From positions 12,788 to 76,787 of the forward strand of contig JACOXI010000006.1 of the NCBI GenBank assembly GCA_016176335.1: 64,000 nucleotides of DNA. Reading direction: 5' to 3'. The stretch comes from Candidatus Daviesbacteria bacterium. Lineage in GTDB: Bacteria > Patescibacteriota > Microgenomatia > Daviesbacterales > UBA10151. The position numbers were made by a program, and so were the translations under genes. Every line of letters begins with the position of its first letter. Position 1 is the stretch's first letter. This document shows positions 58,425-64,000 of this stretch, piece after piece. Under the pieces are notes generated by a model. That model saw only the letters and a list, made by a program, of their open reading frames with translations. It searched no databases and was not told the origin of the DNA.

Positions 58425-58494
58425 ACTTCCCTCTTGAAATGGGTCTTAAGAGTACTGGTAGAATAGCTATGTTAAATCGTCATGACGGAAACTT

Positions 58495-61400
58495 ATGGCT
58501 AAATTTGTTCATCTTCACGGACATACGGAATACTCACTTCTAGATGGATTATCCAAAATCCCAAACTTGGTTAAAAAAGTCAAAGAATTAGGAATGGATG
58601 CTGTGGCAATCACCGATCACGGAGCAATGTATGGGGCCATTGAATTTTATAAAGCCTGCCAAGAAGCTGGCATAAAACCAATTATAGGTGTGGAGATGTA
58701 TATTGCCAAAAGGTCTCATAAAGACAAAGAGGGGAAAGTTGATAGCGAACCATTTCATCTGACAGTGCTAGCCCAAGATTACCAAGGCTATCTAAACCTA
58801 ATGAAACTAACAACTATTGCCCACTGTGATGGTTACTACTGGCGCCCCAGGGTAGACAAAAAACTGCTCAAAGAATTTAGCAAGGGTCTAATAGGTTTAT
58901 CAGGATGCCCTTCCGGAGAATTTATCAGATCACTTCAGGATGAAGATTACAAAAAAGCAGAAGAAACCATAAAAAGTTATCAGGAAATATTCGGAGAGGA
59001 AAATTTTTTTCTGGAAATACAGAACCACCCTTATCAGCAGTCTTTTGACAATTCCGAGGATGAGATTGTGAGGCAGGATTTACAAAGATTATTACAGATT
59101 CAAGATAAGACAAAGGGGGCAGTAAAAGATTTATCCGCAAAAATGGGCATCAGAATTGTTGCGACCAATGATTATCACTATGTTGAAAAAACTGATGCAG
59201 AAGCCCAGGATGCACTTCTTTGCATACAAACAGGAAAATTTTTATCCGAAACCCAAAGATTAAGAATGATTGATACTCCGGACTACTTTGTAAAATCCGC
59301 CGAGGAGATGGAAGAAAATTTCAGAGATTTGCCGGAAGCTTTAGAAAATACAGTGAAGATTGCGGCATCTTGTGATTTGGAAATACCTTTAGGTATAGCA
59401 AGATTTCCGGTCTTTAAAACCCCACAGGATAAAACATCAATGGAGTATTTGAGGAGACTGACTTACAAAATGGGTAAAGAAAGAATCAGGCTGACGAAAA
59501 AAATCAGTGACAGGATTGAATATGAACTTGGGGTAATTGAGCAGAAAAAATATGCTGATTATTTTTTGGTTGTTGCTGATTTTATGGAGTGGGCGCACCA
59601 GCGAGGCATCATCACAAATACCCGCGGATCTGCCGCAGGTTCCATGGTTTTGTATTGTTTGGGTGTTACCAACCTAAACCCGCTGGACTATCTTTTACCT
59701 TTTGAAAGATTTTTAACTATTCACAGGCCAACCCTGCCTGATATTGATGTGGATATAGCGGATGATAGAAGAGATGAGGTGATCGAATATGTTATGAAAA
59801 AATACGGAGAAGACAGAGTTGCACACATAGTTACTTTCGGAACAATGATGGGGAGAGCGGCAATAAGGGATGTTGGCAGGGTTTTGGGCATGGCGTATTC
59901 GGAAGTTGACAAGATAGCAAAACTAATCCCCCCGCCTCACCAGGGATTTCATAAGCCGCTTTCGGAGGTAATAAAGGAAGTTTCCGAACTGATGCAATTG
60001 TACAAAGATAATCCTCGAGTAAAAAAGTTACTCGATTTGGCGGTCAAGATTGAAGGAACTATCAGACATGCATCAATGCATGCTGCAGGCATTGTTATTT
60101 CACCGGATGACATTACCGGTTTTACTCCACTGCAAAGGGAGGCAAATGGAGAAAAATTAGTTTCTCAATATGACATGTTCTCTGTTGAAGATGCAGGTTT
60201 GGTAAAGATGGATCTTTTGGGAATAAGAAATTTGTCAATTTTGGGCAAAGCTCGCGAATATGTCGGGGAAAATCAAAAGATCCAAGTTGATCTAAACAAA
60301 ATTCCTTTAAGCGACAAAAAAACATTCGAGCTTTTGGCAAAAGGTGACACCATGGGGATCTTTCAATTGTCCTCCTCCGGCATGACAAGGTATTTGGTGG
60401 AGTTAAAGCCTTCAAGTATTGCGGATTTGGCTGCTATGGTTGCTTTATACAGACCAGGTCCTTTGGGGGTGATCCCGGAATATATACAAAGAAAGCACAA
60501 TCCTAAACTTATTAAATATCTGGATTTGAGAATGAAAGAGTATATGGAGCAATCATTGGGTCTTTTGGTTTATCAGGAGGATGTTTTATTTACTGCCATA
60601 AATATAGCCGGTTACTCTTGGGAAGAGGCTGATAAATTAAGAAAAGCTATGGGTAAGAAAAAGCCTGCCGAGATGGCCAAACAAAAAGGGCATTTTATAG
60701 ATGGATGTGTTGCAAACGGAATGAGAAGGGATAAGGCAGAGGCTATTTTTGCTCTAATCGCACCCTTTGCTGCTTATGGATTTCCCAAGGCTCATGCCGC
60801 CTCCTATGCCATGGTCGCCTACCAGACAGCTTATATGAAAGCCAATTTCCCGGTTGAATTTATGGCGGCTGTTATGACTGCCGAATCTGATGATACGGAT
60901 AAAATTGCCGCGGCGATAGAAGAGTGCAAAAGGTTGGGGATTGTGGTTTTACCGCCGGATATCAACAAGTCAGGAGTGGGATTTTCCTTAGAAAGGCTGA
61001 TTAATCTATCCAAGGAAGATTTGGAAAGAAGCTTGAGTGTATCCTCCGATACTAAAGCAAGGCAGGGTATTCGGTTTGGCTTGTCTGCCATTAAAAATGT
61101 GGGGGTTTTGGCCATTGAATCAATCCTGAAGGCCAGGGGAGATGGTGAATTCATCAGTTTAGCAGATTTATGCTTACGGGTGGATACCAGACTGGTTAAT
61201 AGAAAAACTTTGGAGAGTCTGATAAAAGCAGGAGCTTTGGATACTTTGGGTTTGAGATCCGCCCAACTTTTGATCTTAGATCAGGTATTGGAAGAGAGCC
61301 ATAAAGATTCAAAGAGTAAATTATCCGGTCAAGTTTCTTTATTTGACTCTTTGGAAGATAAAGGCTCAATGGGCAATAAACTCCCTGATGTTTCGGAATT

Positions 61401-62049
61401 ACCTTTGGAACAACTGCTTATCTTTGAAAGAGATTTATTAGGTTTTTATCTGCACGAACCCCCCTATCTTTCGACATTACAAAAGATTGGTCAGCATGTT
61501 TCATATAAGATTGCCGATCTGCATGAGGAGTTTATCGGACAAAAACTTGTTTTGGGAGGAGTGATAACGGAGGTAAAAAGGGTTTTTACCAAAAAGAGTA
61601 ATGCGGAGATGGCATTTGTCAGAATTTCCGATGGAATTTCCGGTATTGATTGTGTCATATTTCCTACAATCTTTGAGGAAAGCAAGCGTTTTCTTATCAA
61701 GGATCAGGTAATTATAGCCGCCGGGCGTCTTGACAAAAGGGAGGAGGAAATATCACTGGTTGTAGAAAAAATAAACTTGTTTGACCCTGAAAGTACTTCT
61801 GAAATATTTATAAGTCAAACTATGATAGAGATTTATGTACCTTCGGGCAGTGATGTAACTATTTTGCAGGCAATCAACAGGACATTAAGAAGTTTTCCGG
61901 GAAAGATTCCGGTGACATTGATTTTGCCCAGCGATGGGCAGCAATCGAGAAGAATGAATTTGCCTTTTTCTGTTGATCCCAACTCATCTTTACAAGAGGA
62001 GGTTGTAAAACTTTTAGGCGAGGGAGCCTTTAAGAGGACCCGTGCATAA
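58495..62049 (+). CDS. dnaE: DNA polymerase III alpha subunit
   Basis: [40 protein letters not shown]. Confidence 0.97.
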   Translation: MAKFVHLHGHTEYSLLDGLSKIPNLVKKVKELGMDAVAITDHGAMYGAIEFYKACQEAGIKPIIGVEMYIAKRSHKDKEGKVDSEPFHLTVLAQDYQGYLNLMKLTTIAHCDGYYWRPRVDKKLLKEFSKGLIGLSGCPSGEFIRSLQDEDYKKAEETIKSYQEIFGEENFFLEIQNHPYQQSFDNSEDEIVRQDLQRLLQIQDKTKGAVKDLSAKMGIRIVATNDYHYVEKTDAEAQDALLCIQTGKFLSETQRLRMIDTPDYFVKSAEEMEENFRDLPEALENTVKIAASCDLEIPLGIARFPVFKTPQDKTSMEYLRRLTYKMGKERIRLTKKISDRIEYELGVIEQKKYADYFLVVADFMEWAHQRGIITNTRGSAAGSMVLYCLGVTNLNPLDYLLPFERFLTIHRPTLPDIDVDIADDRRDEVIEYVMKKYGEDRVAHIVTFGTMMGRAAIRDVGRVLGMAYSEVDKIAKLIPPPHQGFHKPLSEVIKEVSELMQLYKDNPRVKKLLDLAVKIEGTIRHASMHAAGIVISPDDITGFTPLQREANGEKLVSQYDMFSVEDAGLVKMDLLGIRNLSILGKAREYVGENQKIQVDLNKIPLSDKKTFELLAKGDTMGIFQLSSSGMTRYLVELKPSSIADLAAMVALYRPGPLGVIPEYIQRKHNPKLIKYLDLRMKEYMEQSLGLLVYQEDVLFTAINIAGYSWEEADKLRKAMGKKKPAEMAKQKGHFIDGCVANGMRRDKAEAIFALIAPFAAYGFPKAHAASYAMVAYQTAYMKANFPVEFMAAVMTAESDDTDKIAAAIEECKRLGIVVLPPDINKSGVGFSLERLINLSKEDLERSLSVSSDTKARQGIRFGLSAIKNVGVLAIESILKARGDGEFISLADLCLRVDTRLVNRKTLESLIKAGALDTLGLRSAQLLILDQVLEESHKDSKSKLSGQVSLFDSLEDKGSMGNKLPDVSELPLEQLLIFERDLLGFYLHEPPYLSTLQKIGQHVSYKIADLHEEFIGQKLVLGGVITEVKRVFTKKSNAEMAFVRISDGISGIDCVIFPTIFEESKRFLIKDQVIIAAGRLDKREEEISLVVEKINLFDPESTSEIFISQTMIEIYVPSGSDVTILQAINRTLRSFPGKIPVTLILPSDGQQSRRMNLPFSVDPNSSLQEEVVKLLGEGAFKRTRA

Positions 62050-62077
62050 TTTTCCTTTTTATGTTAAGATTTTGTAC

Positions 62078-62392
62078 ATGATTTCAACTCAAATTGGTGA
62101 GCAGCTCATTCATATTGGAGATACTATCCGGGTACACAGTCAGGTTGTAGAAGGTACTAAATCGAGAATTCAAGTTTTTGAGGGGATATTGATCAGGTTA
62201 AAAGGTAGAGGAGAAAATAAGACTTTTTCAGTAAGAAAAATTGGAGCCGGGGGAGTAGGGGTTGAGAGAACCTGGCCGCTGAACAGTAAGAGTATAGTCA
62301 AAATAGAAGTGAAGAAAAAAACAACTGGGGTTAGAAGATCAAAGCTATATTACCTTCGAAATCTGACTGGAAGAGAAGCGGTAAGGGTATAA
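62078..62392 (+). CDS. rplS: 50S ribosomal protein L19
   Basis: [30 protein letters not shown]. Confidence 0.96.
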   Translation: MISTQIGEQLIHIGDTIRVHSQVVEGTKSRIQVFEGILIRLKGRGENKTFSVRKIGAGGVGVERTWPLNSKSIVKIEVKKKTTGVRRSKLYYLRNLTGREAVRV

Positions 62393-62412
62393 TCTATACT
62401 TTATACTTACTC

Positions 62413-63027
62413 ATGATATTTCCTACTCTCAATATCGAGAAGAAACTCTGGAGTTTGGGTTATAACTACATTTGTGGTCTTGATGAAGTTGGCAGAGGCT
62501 GTTTTGCCGGCCCTGTTTGTGTGGGTGCTGTTATTTTTCCCAAAGACTGTGAATTACTTGAAGGGCTGGCTGATTCTAAACTTCTGAAACCCAGACAAAG
62601 AGAGCAATTAGCGGTCAGAATTAAGAATCAAGCTGTAAACTGGACTGTTGCGGAAGTAGGTGTGGCCACTATAAATAAGTTAGGTATTGGCAAAGCAACT
62701 CAAATGGCATTCAGGAAGGCTACTAAACTTCTTGATCAACATCCAGATTATATCTTAATAGATGCTTTTTACATTAGACATTTAAGAAGAATTAGACAAA
62801 AAGCTGTTGCCGACGGAGATAAAATTTGTGCCTCCATTTCTGCTGCTTCTATTATTGCCAAGGTTTACAGGGATAAATTGATGAAAAAATTAGCCGTGAA
62901 ATACCCGCTATATAAATTTGGAAAACACAAGGGATATGGAACGAAGTTTCACCAAGAAGCTATTAGAAAATATGGGTTATCAAAAATTCACAGAACATCT
63001 TTTAATTTGAGTAGATTTATGATTTAA
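62413..63027 (+). CDS. rnhB: Ribonuclease HII
   Basis: GLDEVGRG, DSKLL, AASIIAKV.RD, HKGYGT, HRTSF. Confidence 0.96.
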   Translation: MIFPTLNIEKKLWSLGYNYICGLDEVGRGCFAGPVCVGAVIFPKDCELLEGLADSKLLKPRQREQLAVRIKNQAVNWTVAEVGVATINKLGIGKATQMAFRKATKLLDQHPDYILIDAFYIRHLRRIRQKAVADGDKICASISAASIIAKVYRDKLMKKLAVKYPLYKFGKHKGYGTKFHQEAIRKYGLSKIHRTSFNLSRFMI

Positions 63028-63045
63028 GGTTGAAGATAATAAATC

Positions 63046-63405
63046 ATGAGCAATAAACAGACAGGGGATCAGGGAGAAGATTTAGCTTGTGAGTATCTGC
63101 AAAAACAAGGCTATAAAATCTTGGAAAGGAATTACAGGATAAGGGGTGGGGAGATTGATATTGTAGCACGCGACGGGGACACTTTGGTGTTTGTGGAAGT
63201 GAAAGCCCGCTCCTCACATGAATTCGGTCCACCTTCGGAGTCTATGACTCCTTGGAAAATAAAAGCCCTTGTAAAATGTGCCATGTTTTACGTTTCGAAA
63301 ATCAACTGGGGCAATAAGGAATACAGGTTGGATTTTGTCTCAATTGATTTTGCAGATAATAAGGAGAATCCTGTTATAGAATTAATTAGGAATATAACGG
63401 AATAG
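63046..63405 (+). CDS. yraN: YraN/UPF0102 family nuclease
   Basis: GEDLA..YL...GY.ILERNY....GEIDIVA....LVFVEVK. Confidence 0.93.
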   Translation: MSNKQTGDQGEDLACEYLQKQGYKILERNYRIRGGEIDIVARDGDTLVFVEVKARSSHEFGPPSESMTPWKIKALVKCAMFYVSKINWGNKEYRLDFVSIDFADNKENPVIELIRNITE

Positions 63406-63483
63406 ATCCTTCGACCCATTCGACTGTCGTTCAGGGTCGCACTGAGCTTGTCGAACGTGCGACTCGCTTCGATCGCTCAGGAT
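63406..63483. repeat. Nested REP-like palindromic element between convergent genes
   Basis: ATCCT...AGGAT outer stem, GTCGCAC/GTGCGAC inner stem, TTCGAC..CTCAG cores in both orientations. Confidence 0.7.
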
Positions 63484-63494
63484 GACACTCTGTG

Positions 63495-64000
63495 TCACTT
63501 CTTAATCTTGTGGTTTCCTTCAACCGCAAAGGGGATTTCTTCCCAGTCATGAGTTTTTCTAATCTTCTTATTGTAATGCCACATAGTTTCCAAAAGCGAC
63601 GCATCCACCCCCATTTTTTTAAACTCCCCTATTAAAGCTACCAAATCTTTGGGAAAACACTTGCCTCCAAATCCTCTTAAAGTGGTGACCTCTAAATGAA
63701 AATCTCCGATTCTATGATCGACAGCTGCCATTTTTTTAACTTCTTCGTATTTTATCCCCAATTTTTGGCAGTAATCATAAAAATAATTTGCAAAAGTAAC
63801 TTTCAAAGAAAGGAAAGCATTAGCAAAGTACTTAACTGTTTCAGCAGTGGTGGGATCTGTTAAAAAGATCTGTGTCTTTGGGAATCTTTGTTTAAAGATG
63901 ACTGCCACTCTTCTTGCAACCAGATCATTATTTGTTCCAATTACGGTTCTTTCAGCATTAATAAAATCATCCAGAAAATTTGCTTCAGTCAAAAATTCCG
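63495..64000 (-). CDS. UDP-glucose/GDP-mannose dehydrogenase family protein (5' part outside window)
   Basis: PEFL.E, AETVKYFAN.FL..K..FAN, D.RIG, GFGGKCFPKD. Confidence 0.88.
   Translation of the reverse strand, partial: EFLTEANFLDDFINAERTVIGTNNDLVARRVAVIFKQRFPKTQIFLTDPTTAETVKYFANAFLSLKVTFANYFYDYCQKLGIKYEEVKKMAAVDHRIGDFHLEVTTLRGFGGKCFPKDLVALIGEFKKMGVDASLLETMWHYNKKIRKTHDWEEIPFAVEGNHKIKK

Noticed and set aside
58495-62049. Intein or split in dnaE
   Set aside because: Length of 1184 aa is normal; only a short loop insertion near 60990-61065
1-64000. Alternative genetic code (TGA=Gly); the many short antisense ORFs in the track
   Set aside because: Conserved genes end cleanly at TGA with no internal TGA; the antisense ORFs lie opposite well-supported genes

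Overview
This is a chromosomal segment of a low-GC bacterium using genetic code 11. Gene content and intergenic style suggest Patescibacteria/CPR, Microgenomates-like (inference). From left to right: a surface-glycan cluster (GT4 enzymes, acetyltransferase, O-antigen ligase-like and ArnT-like membrane proteins, priming transferase, DUF4012); recO-glyQS; a reduced dcw cluster (mraZ to ftsZ); ileS-rodA-rplU-rpmA-parB; lepB; and tRNA-Val(CAC). An ~8-kb, all-minus-strand, integrase-free accessory/defence island follows (34740-42700). After it come a second glycosylation cluster, tRNA-Gly/Thr/Asp, polX, lemA-htpX, an NYN-domain gene, gatCAB, dnaE, rplS, rnhB, yraN and a partial nucleotide-sugar dehydrogenase. 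Best candidates for undescribed systems: (1) a translationally coupled operon of a self-cleaving LexA-type repressor plus three minimal nucleases (GIY-YIG, Hjc-like, DpnI catalytic domain only), next to a second LexA-headed MTase/HNH module; (2) an NYN ribonuclease cassette that carries a copy of the gatC start and a convergent, promoter- and terminator-bounded ~55-nt RNA, resembling an RNA-antitoxin TA module; (3) repeated duplicated-gene-start scars and in-frame GC hairpin insertions in essential genes; (4) a zeta-toxin-like P-loop kinase with swapped motif order. All family calls come from motif recognition by eye; no database search was run.
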